64,000 nucleotides of DNA from Microvirga sp. (lineage in GTDB: Bacteria > Pseudomonadota > Alphaproteobacteria > Rhizobiales > Beijerinckiaceae), in assembly GCA_036562855.1 (NCBI GenBank), contig DATCJK010000008.1:45252-109251 (forward strand), in the 5' to 3' direction. Below are positions 50,908 to 62,494 of the stretch, piece by piece. The notes beneath the pieces are model-generated. The model saw only the letters and a program-made list of their open reading frames with translations, ran no database searches and was not told the DNA's origin. The position numbers were made by a program, and so were the translations under genes. Position 1 is the stretch's first letter. The number at the start of each line of letters is the position of its first letter.

Positions 50908-52404
50908 CTACCGGAACGGCGGTTCGTCGAAGGAGCGGAGTTTTCGCGAGTGGAGGCCGGCGCGCTGCTCGCGCAGGATGTCGAGGGCGGACAGGCCAAT
51001 CATCAGGTGCTCGCCGACCGCGCGCTCGTAGAACGCATTGGCGGCGCCGGGCAGCTTGATCTCCCCGTGGAGCGGCTTGTCGGAGACGCAGAGCAGCGTG
51101 CCGTAGGGCACGCGCAGGCGGTAGCCTTGCGCCGCGATGGTGCCGCTCTCCATGTCCACCGCGATGGCGCGGGAGAGGTTGATCTGGCGGCGCTCCTGGC
51201 TCCAGCGGAGCTCCCAGTTGCGGTCGTCGTAGGTCACCACCGTGCCGGTGCGCAGGCGCTTCTTCAGTTCGTCACCCTCCTCGCCGGTGACGCGCCGGGC
51301 CGCGGCCTGAAGCGCGAGCTGCACCTCGGCGAGGGCCGGCACCGGGATTTCCGGCGGCACGAGCGCGTCCAGGATGCGGTCGCGGCGCAGATAGCCGTGG
51401 GCGAGCACGTAATCGCCGATGGTCTGCGACTGCCTCAAGCCCCCGCAATGGCCCACCATGAGCCAGCAATGGGGCCGCAGCACCGCCAGGTGATCGGTGA
51501 TGTTCTTCGCGTTCGAGGGGCCGACGCCGATATTGACGAGGCTCACCCCGTGCCCGTCCTTGCGGACGAGGTGATAGCCCGGCATCTGGAAGCGGTGCCA
51601 GGGCGAGGCGGCGATCTGGGTGGCGACGGCGCTCTCGTCGAGGCCGCTCTCGATGGTGACGCCGCCCGGCAGCACCAGCCGCTCGAAGGGGCTGTCCGCC
51701 CGGTTCAGTTCTCCCACGGCCCAGCGGATGAACTGGTCCACGTAGCGGTGATAGTTCGTCAGAAGGATCCAGGGCTGCATCGAGCGCCAGTCGGTGCCCG
51801 TGTAGTGGACGAGGCGGCGGAGCGAATAATCCACCCGCGCGGCATCGAAGAGCGACAGCGGCCGCTGCGCGTCCTCGTCGATGATCCAGGTGCCGTCCGC
51901 GATCTCGTCCCCGACGGCCGCGAGCAGCGGGGTCGGGAAGTAGCGCGCGAGATCCGCGGCCGAATGGGCGCCGCGGCCCAGTTCGTCCCCGCGCTCGAAC
52001 ACGTAAGGATAGGGGATCTCCCGGTCGCTCACCCCGGTCTCGATGATGGCCGAGTAGTCGCGGACGAGGTAGTTGAGCTGCTCCAGAAGATAGCCGCTGA
52101 ACGCCGCCGGCTGGGTCACCGTGGTGGCGTAGACCCCCGGGGCCTGGAACTTGGCGAAGGCGCGCTGGGTGCGGGGAAACGGCCCGTCGGGCGCATAGGT
52201 CACCCGCAGCTCCGGGTAGCGGAAGCGCGCGCGCTCGGCGGGCGTCGGCACCTGACCCGTGGCGAAGAAGGCATCGAGCGCGGTGCGCTGAGCCTCGATG
52301 GCCGTGTCATGGAGGTGGATGAGGCGGTCGACGGCTTCTTGCGGGGACGAGGCGGTCTGGAACGAAGGAAGGCGATCGGCGGACAAGGCGGATCCTTTTG
52401 GCAC
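50908..52404 (-). CDS. amn: AMP nucleosidase
   Basis: 498 aa with an N-terminal regulatory domain and a PNP/UDP-type catalytic domain (VNIGVGPSNAKNITDHL, MVGHCGGL, AVDMESG). Confidence 0.9.
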   Translation of the reverse strand: MPKGSALSADRLPSFQTASSPQEAVDRLIHLHDTAIEAQRTALDAFFATGQVPTPAERARFRYPELRVTYAPDGPFPRTQRAFAKFQAPGVYATTVTQPAAFSGYLLEQLNYLVRDYSAIIETGVSDREIPYPYVFERGDELGRGAHSAADLARYFPTPLLAAVGDEIADGTWIIDEDAQRPLSLFDAARVDYSLRRLVHYTGTDWRSMQPWILLTNYHRYVDQFIRWAVGELNRADSPFERLVLPGGVTIESGLDESAVATQIAASPWHRFQMPGYHLVRKDGHGVSLVNIGVGPSNAKNITDHLAVLRPHCWLMVGHCGGLRQSQTIGDYVLAHGYLRRDRILDALVPPEIPVPALAEVQLALQAAARRVTGEEGDELKKRLRTGTVVTYDDRNWELRWSQERRQINLSRAIAVDMESGTIAAQGYRLRVPYGTLLCVSDKPLHGEIKLPGAANAFYERAVGEHLMIGLSALDILREQRAGLHSRKLRSFDEPPFR

Positions 52405-52641
52405 TGTTCGGTGCCTCCAGGGTCATACAGCCAATGTTGCATTCTGGCCATGGGGGAAGGCGCTCCTGGGGACAGATCGACGGGCGCCGGGTCCGCAGGC
52501 GGGTGGAATTCCTTGGCTGGCAAAGCTTTTCCGGATCGCATGCCGGTGGCATTAAATCTTCGTCAACCCATCCGGGCGACCCTGAGCCTGGATCCTTGAC
52601 CGGATCCGGCCGCCTCGCCGCCCCGTCGCCGGCGAGCGGCC

Positions 52642-52666
52642 GGAACAAGGCTCAAGCTTGAGCGTT
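52642..52666 (+). promoter_or_regulatory. Perfect EcfG-type general-stress-response promoter (GGAAC-N16-CGTT)
   Basis: GGAAC (52642..52646), spacer AAGGCTCAAGCTTGAG, then CGTT (52663..52666). It is oriented toward the HisKA_2 kinase gene. Confidence 0.6.
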
Positions 52667-52680
52667 GATGTCGGGCTGAA

Positions 52681-52805
52681 TTCCGACCGACCGCTTCGGG
52701 TTTGGGGCCACGGCTTGCATGACGGAGCGAGCCGGAGCCTGCCTTCCGACCGGCCGCATCGGATCCAGGCCACGGCTTGCAGGGCGGAGCGAGCCGGAGG
52801 CTGCC
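52681..52805 (+). repeat. Tandem direct repeat, two units of 63 and 62 bp
   Basis: Units at 52681..52743 and 52744..52805 are about 83% identical. A 1-nt length difference breaks any shared reading frame, so the repeat is probably non-coding. Confidence 0.85.
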
Positions 52806-52832
52806 GGACCCCAGGATGAAGACCCGCGTTCC

Positions 52833-53702
52833 ATGCTCCAGCGTATCGAGTTGCCGACCGTGCCCCTGTTCCAGGCCGCTCATCCCGCCGCCCGCCTCTG
52901 GCGCCGGTTTCGCCATGCCCTGGTGCGGGGCGCCTTCACCTATTTCCTGATCGCCGCGGTTCTGCTGCCGCTCGGGCTGCTGGCCTTCGTGGCCTGGGAG
53001 CGGGAGACGGGCTCACCCCTAATTTATTTCGTCCCGGCCCTCGCGGTGATGCTCTTGCTCGCCATCGCGGCCTGGCGCGGCCACGTGCAGCTGGAGACCA
53101 CGGTGGAGTTGCGCACCCGGGCGCTCACCAGCGCGATCACCGAGAAGGATCAGCTCCTCAAGGAGGTGCACCACCGGGTGAAGAACAACATGCAGATCAT
53201 CTCCAGCCTGATCCGCATGCAGGAGCGGGTGAAGACCTCGTCGGACGAGACCATCCGGCGCGTCCAGGCCATGGCGCTCGTCCACGACCTCATCTACACG
53301 CAGGGCCAGTTCGCGAATGTGGACCTTGCGGCCTATACCCGCCGCCTCTGCGAGACGCTGCGCGAAGCCGGCGGGCGCACCACCTTCGACCTCACCCTCG
53401 ATCCCGTCACCATCACCCTCGACCGCGCCATGCCCTTCGCGCTCATCTTGAGCGAGGTGGTGACGAACGCGACGAAGCACGCCCTGCGGGACGCCGACGG
53501 CACCGTGGCGATCACCCTCGGCGTTCGGGGCGGCGTCGTGAAGCTCACGGTCCGCGACGACGGCACCGCCTTCAACCCGGAAGTGGACGGCCGCGGCTTC
53601 GGCCTGCGCCTCGTGGACAGCCTCAGCCTCCAGCTCGACGCCGTCACGAGCTTCGAGCGCGACCACGGGAACACGTTTCAGATGACGTTCCCGGCGGGGT
53701 GA
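52833..53702 (+). CDS. HisKA_2-type sensor histidine kinase with two TM segments and a minimal periplasmic loop
   Basis: H-box EVHHRVKNNMQIISSL followed by a HATPase domain (SEVVTNATKHA, DDGTAF, GFGLRL). I prefer the start at 52833 (MLQRIEL), because the longer ORF-track start at 52719 runs through the non-coding tandem repeat. Confidence 0.85.
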   Translation: MLQRIELPTVPLFQAAHPAARLWRRFRHALVRGAFTYFLIAAVLLPLGLLAFVAWERETGSPLIYFVPALAVMLLLAIAAWRGHVQLETTVELRTRALTSAITEKDQLLKEVHHRVKNNMQIISSLIRMQERVKTSSDETIRRVQAMALVHDLIYTQGQFANVDLAAYTRRLCETLREAGGRTTFDLTLDPVTITLDRAMPFALILSEVVTNATKHALRDADGTVAITLGVRGGVVKLTVRDDGTAFNPEVDGRGFGLRLVDSLSLQLDAVTSFERDHGNTFQMTFPAG

Positions 53703-53705
53703 TCC

Positions 53706-54392
53706 TCAGAACGCCAACGGTTCGCCGCGATAGTCAAAGAAGCGGCCCGTATCGGACGCCTGAAGCCGGTCGATCAGCGTGATCATGCCCGCCGCGCTCG
53801 TATCGGACGAGATGTCGGCATCCGCGCCGCCCATATCGGTGCGAACCCATTCCGGGTGCACGGAGACGACCACAATGCCCTCGGCCGCAAGATCGGTCGC
53901 AAGACCCTGAACGACCTTGTTCACGGCCGCTTTCGAAGCCCGGTAGGCGATACGGTCCGACTTCGCATAGCTCAACGAGCCCATGCGACTGCTGATGGTG
54001 ACCACTTTAGGGTTCGTCGAACGCCTCAGGTGCGGCAGGAACGCCTGCGTGATCCGCAACGGTCCGAGGACGTTCACGTCCAGCGTCTCAAGAAAGCCCT
54101 CGAAGTCCATGTCCAGGGTCGACTGACGCTGTGGGCCGATCACGCCCGCATTGTTGATCAGAACGTCGACGCTCCGATCGACCTGCGCCGCAGCCGCTTG
54201 GATGGCATGCTCATCGCGAACATCGAGCTGTAGGATCTGGAGCTGGCGACCAGCCCCGAGAGCACGCTCGGCCGCATCTGCAGCCTTGGCATCCCGCACG
54301 GTCCCGATGACCTGTTCGCCGCGCCTCAGGAATTGACGGGCGAGTTCCAACCCGAGGCCGCGGCCGATGCCGGTGACGAGAATCGTGCGCAT
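53706..54392 (-). CDS. SDR-family oxidoreductase
   Basis: 228 aa with TGIGRGLG, NNAG and YRASKAA motifs. Confidence 0.9.
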   Translation of the reverse strand: MRTILVTGIGRGLGLELARQFLRRGEQVIGTVRDAKAADAAERALGAGRQLQILQLDVRDEHAIQAAAAQVDRSVDVLINNAGVIGPQRQSTLDMDFEGFLETLDVNVLGPLRITQAFLPHLRRSTNPKVVTISSRMGSLSYAKSDRIAYRASKAAVNKVVQGLATDLAAEGIVVVSVHPEWVRTDMGGADADISSDTSAAGMITLIDRLQASDTGRFFDYRGEPLAF

Positions 54393-54442
54393 GCGGATGG
54401 GGTTCTGCCGATCGAGGTAACCGTACCCTGACGGTTCGGTAA

Positions 54443-54470
54443 GACCCCTCCCCCGATGGGGAGAGGGGTC
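54443..54470 (-). repeat. CCCCTC...GAGGGG hairpin repeat immediately downstream of ettA (terminator-like)
   Basis: gacccctcccccgatggggagaggggtc. It belongs to the same hairpin family seen at 43.0, 58.2 and 59.7 kb. Confidence 0.6.
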
Positions 54471-54476
54471 GCAGCG

Positions 54477-56129
<1,653 letters not shown>

Positions 56130-56280
56130 GGGGCGAAACCCTTGATGGTTCGGGGTGAAGGGGGTTGGCAGTCCGTTAGCAGGGGCGGGTCACAGCGGCA
56201 AGGCGGGACGCTGGTCTGCCTCTCCTTGGAGGGCAGAGCCGGCCGGCGCAGGCTGACCCCTCCATGACCGGGAGGTCTTT

Positions 56281-58128
56281 CTACCGCCGCCCGAACAGGC
56301 GCTCGATATCGCCGAGCTTCAGCTCCACGTATGTGGGCCGTCCGTGGTTGCACTGGCCGGAGAGCGGGGTCGCCTCCATCTCGCGCAGGAGCGCGTTCAT
56401 CTCCTCGGGGCGCATGCGGCGCCCGGCCCGGATGGATCCGTGGCAGGCCATGCGGGAGAGGACCGAGTCGAGGCGCTCCTCCACGGCGGCGCCCCCCTGC
56501 CCCCATTCGGTGAGCGCATCCGCCACATCCTGGAGGAGCGCCTTGATGCGCCCGCCCGCCAGCGCGGAGGGCACCTCGCGGATGAGGATGGCGCCGGAGC
56601 CGAACCCCTCCACCACGAGGCCGAGGGAGGCAAGCGTCTCGGCCTCGGCCAGGACCCGGTCGGCTTCGACGGGGTCGAGGTCCACGACTTCAGGAATGAG
56701 CAGGAGCTGGCGCGCGATGCCAAGGCTCGCGCGCTCGCGCTTCAGGCGCTCGTAGACGAGGCGCTCATGGGCCGCGTGCTGATCGACGATGACGATGCCG
56801 TCCCGGGTCTGCGCGACGATATAGGTGCCGTGAACCTGCGCCCGGGCTGCGCCGAGCGGCGCCTCGAGGGCGCTCGCCTCGGGCTCGACGATCCCGGCGC
56901 GGCTGTCGGCGGAGGGCGCCGCAAGCTCCCCGAAGGCCGCCTGCGCGGCCTCGGCGAAGCCCCCGGACCGGGCCGTGTCGGCGGGGCCGAGCGGCGCCTG
57001 CCAGCCCGCGAAGGCATTGGCGTGGCGAAAGGACGGGACCCTACCGGCAACCAGCGGCGAACGGGCCGGCGGCGCGGTTTCGGGGCGCAGGTAATCGAGG
57101 GTGCGGGCCCCGCCCGTGGTGGCGGCGCGGAACCCTGAGCGGGTGATCGCCTCCTTCAGGGCCGCGACCACGAGCGAGCGCACGAAGGCCGGATCGCGAA
57201 AGCGCACCTCGGTCTTGGCCGGATGCACGTTCACGTCGACGGCGCGCGGGTCGAGCTCCACCTGGAGGGCAAGGACCGGGTGCCGGTCGGAGGGCATCAC
57301 GTCCGCATAGGCGCCGCGCACCGCCCCCAGCAGGAGCTTGTCGCGCACGGGACGGCCGTTCACCACGAAATGCACATGGGCGGAGGTGCCGCGATGATAG
57401 GTGGGCAGGCCCGCGAAGCCTACGAGCGTCACCCCCTCGCGGGACACGCCGATGGGCAGGGCGTTGTCGGCGAAATCGGAGCCCAGCACCCGGGAGAGCC
57501 GGCGCAGGAAGCCGAGCTCGTCCGGGCTCTCCGGCGCGAAGGTCATGGGCGTGATGTGGTCGCCCGCAAGGGTGAAGCGGATCGCCGGATGGGCGATGGC
57601 GAGCCGCCGCACGATCTCGGCGACGGCCTGGGCCTCGGCCCGGTCGCTCTTCAGGAACTTGAGGCGGGCCGGCGTCGCGGCGAAGAGGTCCGTCACCTCG
57701 ATGCGGGTGCCGGGCGCGGATGCGGCCGGGCGCACCGGGCCCTTGACGCCGGCTTCCACGAGAATGGAGCAGCCGGTCTCGGCTTCGCGGGTGCGCGTCG
57801 TGATGCCTAAGCGCGCCACCGCGCCGATCGAGGGCAAGGCCTCGCCCCGAAAGCCGAGGGTGCCGATGGCGAAGAGGTCGCCCTCGGGCAGCTTCGATGT
57901 GGCGTGGCGCTCCACGGCGAGCGCAAGGTCCTCCGGCGACATGCCGTGGCCGTCGTCCACCACCCGGATCAGCCGCCGCCCGCCGGCCTCGACCGTCACC
58001 TCGATGGAGGCCGCGCCCGCATCGATGGCGTTCTCCACAAGCTCCTTCACGGCCGCCGCCGGACGCTCCACCACCTCGCCCGCGGCGATGCGGTCGACGA
58101 GGATGGGATCGAGGCGGCGGACGGTCAT
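56281..58128 (-). CDS. mutL: DNA mismatch repair endonuclease MutL
   Basis: 615 aa with a GHKL N-terminus ([38 protein letters not shown]) and a C-terminal dimerisation/endonuclease domain ([18 protein letters not shown]). Confidence 0.95.
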   Translation of the reverse strand: MTVRRLDPILVDRIAAGEVVERPAAAVKELVENAIDAGAASIEVTVEAGGRRLIRVVDDGHGMSPEDLALAVERHATSKLPEGDLFAIGTLGFRGEALPSIGAVARLGITTRTREAETGCSILVEAGVKGPVRPAASAPGTRIEVTDLFAATPARLKFLKSDRAEAQAVAEIVRRLAIAHPAIRFTLAGDHITPMTFAPESPDELGFLRRLSRVLGSDFADNALPIGVSREGVTLVGFAGLPTYHRGTSAHVHFVVNGRPVRDKLLLGAVRGAYADVMPSDRHPVLALQVELDPRAVDVNVHPAKTEVRFRDPAFVRSLVVAALKEAITRSGFRAATTGGARTLDYLRPETAPPARSPLVAGRVPSFRHANAFAGWQAPLGPADTARSGGFAEAAQAAFGELAAPSADSRAGIVEPEASALEAPLGAARAQVHGTYIVAQTRDGIVIVDQHAAHERLVYERLKRERASLGIARQLLLIPEVVDLDPVEADRVLAEAETLASLGLVVEGFGSGAILIREVPSALAGGRIKALLQDVADALTEWGQGGAAVEERLDSVLSRMACHGSIRAGRRMRPEEMNALLREMEATPLSGQCNHGRPTYVELKLGDIERLFGRR

Positions 58129-58179
58129 GGGTTCAATCTAAGGGGGCCGGCGCCGGGATGCGAGGGGGCTTGGCGCCGC

Positions 58180-58306
58180 CCCTCTCCCGCACAGGGAGAG
58201 GTCCGGGCGCAGCGAGGGGTGAGGGTCGCGACTCGACATCGCCGGAAAGTGCGAAGGCTCCCCCACCCGGCGCTCGCGCGCCGACCTCTCCCACCTGGAA
58301 GAGGTG
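58180..58306. repeat. Two CCTCTCCC-loop-GGGAGAGG type hairpin repeats between pgi and mutL
   Basis: cctctcccgcacagggagagg (58180..58201) and acctctcccacctggaagaggt (about 58284..58306). Confidence 0.65.
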
Positions 58307-58317
58307 AGCGTCGCGCC

Positions 58318-59631
58318 TCACCCGGCCAGATACTGCTTCGCCAGGATCTTGCCCTCTTCCACCGCCGGCTGGTCGAAGGGATCGACGCCGAGGGCGTAGC
58401 CCGCGAGGATGGTCTCCAGCATGGTGTGCATGAGGAGTTCGCCCAGATGACGCTCGTCGATGCGGTCCATGTGGATCGTGCGGGTCGGGCGGCCGTTCTT
58501 GGCGAGGGTGTCGGCGGTGGCGCGGCCTTGCGCGGCCACGAGGTCGCCGATGCTCTTGCCCGCAAAGCCCGGCTCGCCGGCGCGGCGCGCGAGGGCCTCG
58601 TCCATGACGGGCCCCTGCCCGGCGACGCCGGTCGTCATCACCGTGAAGAGCTTGTCGTTGGGCCCGGCGAGATAGAGCTGGAGCTGCGAGTGCTGGTCCA
58701 CCGGGCCGATGGCGGCGACGGGTTGGGTGCCCTTGCCGTCCTTGCCGAGGCTCTCGGCCCAGAGCTGCACCCACCAGCGGGTGAAGCGCTCGAGCCGGTC
58801 CGCATAGCCCATGGTGACGGTCACGCTCTTGCCTTCCAGGGCCGCCGCCACGGAGACGGCAGCCGCCAGGGCGGCGGGCGCGTCCTTCGCGGCCGCGCCC
58901 GAGCGGATCGGCTCGTAGGCCGCGGCCGCGCCCTCGCGGATCGCCGCGACGTTGAGGCCGAGCACGGCGGCGGGCAGGAGGCCCACATTGGTGAGCACCG
59001 AATAGCGCCCTCCGATGCCCGTATGGTGCTCCAGGAAGGGCACGCCCTCGGGCTCCAGGAGATCGCGCAGGGCGTTGCGGCCGCCGCTCTTGCGGGGCTC
59101 GGACAGGCCGAGGAACACCTCCCCCGGCCGGGCCTTGAGCCCCGCCTTGTTGAGGGCGGAGAGCACCGCGATGGTCTGCATCAGCGTCTCGCCCGTTCCG
59201 CCCGATTTCGAGATCGACACGAACCGGGTGGTGGAGAGCGGCAGGCGGTGGAGGACGTGGTCGAAGGTGACCGGATCGAGGTTGTCGAGGAAATGCACCC
59301 GCGGCGCTTCCGTGAAGCGCCCGGCGCCCGGCACCGCGTAATCCTTCAGCTGCGCCAGGGTCTGCCCGCCTAGGCTCGAGCCGCCGGTGCCGAGGAACAC
59401 GATGTCGGTGGCATCGAGGCGCAGGCGCTCCGCGGCGTCCCGGGTGGCCTTCAGGTCGTCCGTGGTGCGGGGCATGTGGAGGAGCGGGAGGCGCCCCGTG
59501 GCGTCATCGTCCCGCAGCCGCCCCATCGCCTTCTCGACCAGGACCAATGCCGCGTCGATTGCCTGTTGCGGCAGCCCACCCCCGCCGATCGTCGAGGCGA
59601 GCGCGAGGTCGATGGACAGCTGCAGGGGCAT
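58318..59631 (-). CDS. pgi: Glucose-6-phosphate isomerase (short PGI form)
   Basis: 437 aa with SIS domains and the PGI signature GIGGRYSVLTNVGL. KSGGTGET is also present. Confidence 0.85.
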   Translation of the reverse strand: MPLQLSIDLALASTIGGGGLPQQAIDAALVLVEKAMGRLRDDDATGRLPLLHMPRTTDDLKATRDAAERLRLDATDIVFLGTGGSSLGGQTLAQLKDYAVPGAGRFTEAPRVHFLDNLDPVTFDHVLHRLPLSTTRFVSISKSGGTGETLMQTIAVLSALNKAGLKARPGEVFLGLSEPRKSGGRNALRDLLEPEGVPFLEHHTGIGGRYSVLTNVGLLPAAVLGLNVAAIREGAAAAYEPIRSGAAAKDAPAALAAAVSVAAALEGKSVTVTMGYADRLERFTRWWVQLWAESLGKDGKGTQPVAAIGPVDQHSQLQLYLAGPNDKLFTVMTTGVAGQGPVMDEALARRAGEPGFAGKSIGDLVAAQGRATADTLAKNGRPTRTIHMDRIDERHLGELLMHTMLETILAGYALGVDPFDQPAVEEGKILAKQYLAG

Positions 59632-59699
59632 GGGGAGCTCCGGTCAAGATTGGGAGCCGGACCTTAGGGCAGCGGGCGGGTCGGGGGAAGGGGTGGAGT

Positions 59700-59807
59700 C
59701 CCTCTCCCCTGGAGGGAGAGGGGGGAGCCTCCGCACGCCTCGGAGAGGGCGGCGCTGCCACTCTCTCCCCTCGCTGACGCTCGGACCTCTCCCTTCAAGG
59801 GAGAGGG
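59700..59807. repeat. Two CCTCTCCC-loop-GGGAGAGG hairpin repeats between the M16 peptidase gene and pgi
   Basis: ccctctcccctggagggagaggg (59700..59722) and cctctcccttcaagggagaggg (59786..59807). Confidence 0.65.
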
Positions 59808-59809
59808 GG

Positions 59810-61078
59810 CTACAGCACCGGCCGCCCCGCGATCACCACGAGCATTTGCCCGTCGCCGAGGGTGCGTTCCGCGGCGCGGCGGATGTCGGCCTGGGTGACG
59901 GCGGAGACGAGGCCGTTGCGGCGGGCGATATAGTCGATCCCAAGGCCCTCGAAGGAGAGCTGGGCGAGGGTGTGGGCGATCTTCGTCGAGGTGTCGAAGC
60001 CGAGGGCATAGGAGCCCGTGAGGTAGCCCTTCGCCTTCTTCAGCTCCTCGTCGGTCGGGCCATCGGTCTTGAGGCGCGCCATCTCCTCCTGGATCACGCC
60101 GATCGCCTCGGCCACGCGCTCGTTCTTCGTCGCCGTGTAGCCCCAGGTCATGGCGGCGGCCCGGTAGCTCACGAGGGAGGTGCCCACGCTATAGGCGAGG
60201 CCGCGCTTCTCGCGCACCTCCTGGAAGAGGCGCGAGGTGAAGGCGCCGCCGCCGAGCATGTGGTTGAGCACATAGGCAGGGATGAAATCGGGATCGCGCA
60301 GGGACACGCCGCTGGCGCCGAAGCGGATCACCGATTGCGGCACGTCGAGATCGACCACCACCTGCGTGCCGCGCTTCTGGAGCGTCGTGGCCTCGACCGC
60401 CCGCAGCGGACCCGCCTCAGGCAGCGCGCCGAACACCCGGTCGAGGAGCCCCGAGAGCCGCCCGGCATCGATGGCGCCCACCACCGCGACCTTCACCCGG
60501 CCGCGGGCGATGATTGCCCGGTGCAGGGCGACGATGTCGTCGCGGGTGATCGCCTCGACGCTCTCGATCGTGCCGGAGGTCGGCCGGCCATAGGGATGGC
60601 CCGCGAAGCCCTCCTCGAAGAAGCGGCGGGTCGCCATCACGCCCGGGTCGTTCTGCTGGTAGCGCAGGCCCGCGATGGTCTGGGCGCGCACGCGCTCGAT
60701 GGCGTCATGGTCGAAGCGCGGCTCGGCAAGCGCCAGGCGCAGGAGCTCGAAGGCTTCGTCCGCGTGCTTCACGAGGGTCTTGAGGCTGCCCCCGAGCATG
60801 TCGTTGCTGGCCGTGAAGGAGAGCTCGATGGCGCGGCCCGCGAGGCGCTCCTGGAAGGCATCGGAATTGTAGGGACCCGCGCCCTCGTCCAGCAGGCGCG
60901 TGAGCATCTGCGCGACGCCGGGCTTGTCCGCCGGGTCCTGGGCCGAACCGCCCTCGAAATTGAAGGCCACCGCGATGAGCGGCACCACGTCCGATTCCAC
61001 GTGCCAGGCCTCGACCCCGCCCGGGGAGACGAGGGACTTCACCTTCGTGGGGGACGTATCGACAGTCGCGGTCGCCAT
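59810..61078 (-). CDS. M16-family peptidase-like protein lacking the HxxEH zinc motif (probable non-catalytic partner)
   Basis: 422 aa with an M16 fold. The zinc-motif position reads GVAQMLTRLLDEG instead of HxxEH. Confidence 0.85.
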   Translation of the reverse strand: MATATVDTSPTKVKSLVSPGGVEAWHVESDVVPLIAVAFNFEGGSAQDPADKPGVAQMLTRLLDEGAGPYNSDAFQERLAGRAIELSFTASNDMLGGSLKTLVKHADEAFELLRLALAEPRFDHDAIERVRAQTIAGLRYQQNDPGVMATRRFFEEGFAGHPYGRPTSGTIESVEAITRDDIVALHRAIIARGRVKVAVVGAIDAGRLSGLLDRVFGALPEAGPLRAVEATTLQKRGTQVVVDLDVPQSVIRFGASGVSLRDPDFIPAYVLNHMLGGGAFTSRLFQEVREKRGLAYSVGTSLVSYRAAAMTWGYTATKNERVAEAIGVIQEEMARLKTDGPTDEELKKAKGYLTGSYALGFDTSTKIAHTLAQLSFEGLGIDYIARRNGLVSAVTQADIRRAAERTLGDGQMLVVIAGRPVL

Positions 61079-61162
61079 GGCGGCCTCCGGTTGGTCCGAG
61101 CCCGGCGCAGCCCGCCTTCAGGCGGGTGCGGCGTCAGGGCCGGTTGCGATGGGGTTCGAGGC

Positions 61163-62494
61163 TCAGGCGGCCTTCTTGAGATAGCCGGTCACCGACCGGC
61201 GCGGGACGAGATAGCGCTCCGCGGCGGCAACGAGATCGGCCTGCAGGACCGCCTCGATCTCCGTCGGCCAGCGGCGCACGTCCTCGATGGTCTCGCCGAT
61301 GGCGAGGGCCGAGCCGTAGATGCGCGCAAGCGACGATTGGCTGTCCGTGGAATAGATCGTCTCGGCGACGAGGCGCGTCTTGGCGCGCTCCACCGAATCC
61401 GCGTCGAAGGCTTCCGCGAGCGCGGTCTTCAGCACCTCGTCGAGCACCTCTTCGAGCGCCGCCAGGGAAACGCCCTGGGCCGGCACCGCATAGACCGCGA
61501 ACCGCGTGTCCTCCATGGCGGAGGACATGTACCAGGCGCCCGCGTTCACCGCGATGCCGCGCTCCAGCACGAGCTTGCGGTAGAGATAGGAGGTCGGGCC
61601 GCCGCCGATCACCTCGGCCAGAAGCTCGAGCGCGTAGCCGTCGCGGCCCGAGGCCGTGCGGGTGGAGGGAACGAGATACAGGCGCTGGAGCGTCGGCTGC
61701 TCCACCTTGGGATCCGCCACCACGATGTGGCGGGCCGCCACGGGCTCCGGCTCCCGGGGGCGGAAGCGCACGGGGCGCTCGCCGCGGGGGGCCACGCGGC
61801 CGTAGGTCTTGTCCGCGAGGCGGCGCACCTCGTCCGGGGTGACGTCGCCCGCCACCACGAGGATCGCGTTCTCCGGGGTATAGAAGCGGCTGTAATAGCC
61901 GAGCGCGTGCTCCCGGTTCAGCCCCTCGATCTCGTGCATCCAGCCGATGATCGGGATGCCGTAGGGATGGTGCACGAAGAGGGAGGCCGCCATGGCCTCC
62001 GAGAGCTGGGCGGACGGATCGGTCTCGACCCGCATCCGGCGCTCCTCCAGCACCACGTCGCGCTCGGGCGCCACCACGGCTTCCTCGAGGAGGAGGTTCG
62101 CCATGCGGTCGGCCTCGAACTCCATCATGGTGCCCAGATGCTCCCGGGCGACGCGCTGGAAATAGGCCGTGTAGTCGAAGGACGTGAAGGCGTTCTCCTG
62201 GCCGCCGAGGCCCGAGACCACCTTGGAGAACTCGCCGGCCGGATGCGCCTCGGTGCCCTTGAACATCAGGTGCTCGAGGAAGTGCGCGATGCCGGACTGG
62301 CCCATCGGATCGTCCGCCGAGCCGTTGCGGTACCAGACCATGTGGGTTGCGACCGGCACCCGGCGATCCGGGATGACCACCACGTCGAGGCCGTTGTCGA
62401 GGGTGAACGAGGACAGCTCGGGGCCTCCCCCCTCCGTGCGCCCGGGGGCCGGGGCATCGATCCGGGAGGCAGGCTTCGGGGAGGCGTCCATCAT
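61163..62494 (-). CDS. M16-family zinc metallopeptidase (insulinase/pitrilysin-like)
   Basis: 443 aa with the HFLEH zinc motif (GIAHFLEHLMFKG) and a downstream E in LEERRMR. Confidence 0.9.
   Translation of the reverse strand: MMDASPKPASRIDAPAPGRTEGGGPELSSFTLDNGLDVVVIPDRRVPVATHMVWYRNGSADDPMGQSGIAHFLEHLMFKGTEAHPAGEFSKVVSGLGGQENAFTSFDYTAYFQRVAREHLGTMMEFEADRMANLLLEEAVVAPERDVVLEERRMRVETDPSAQLSEAMAASLFVHHPYGIPIIGWMHEIEGLNREHALGYYSRFYTPENAILVVAGDVTPDEVRRLADKTYGRVAPRGERPVRFRPREPEPVAARHIVVADPKVEQPTLQRLYLVPSTRTASGRDGYALELLAEVIGGGPTSYLYRKLVLERGIAVNAGAWYMSSAMEDTRFAVYAVPAQGVSLAALEEVLDEVLKTALAEAFDADSVERAKTRLVAETIYSTDSQSSLARIYGSALAIGETIEDVRRWPTEIEAVLQADLVAAAERYLVPRRSVTGYLKKAA

Noticed and set aside
52681-52805. 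The tandem repeat considered as a CRISPR array or as repeat-encoded protein.
   Set aside because: There are only two directly abutting units with no spacers, so it is not a CRISPR array. The 1-nt length difference destroys a common reading frame, so it is not a coding repeat.
52719-52832. Longer start (52719) for the histidine kinase, and similarly long ORF-track starts for the Mn catalase (2899), SDR (3873), bamD (14623), ddl (21091), murB (22029), murD (27194), the SLT gene (36801), the lipoprotein (37004) and DUF3035 (63551).
   Set aside because: The extensions lack signal or TM logic, overlap upstream genes or non-coding repeats, and are followed by internal starts with good SD sequences or stop-start coupling. 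The shorter starts were preferred, but none is experimentally verified.
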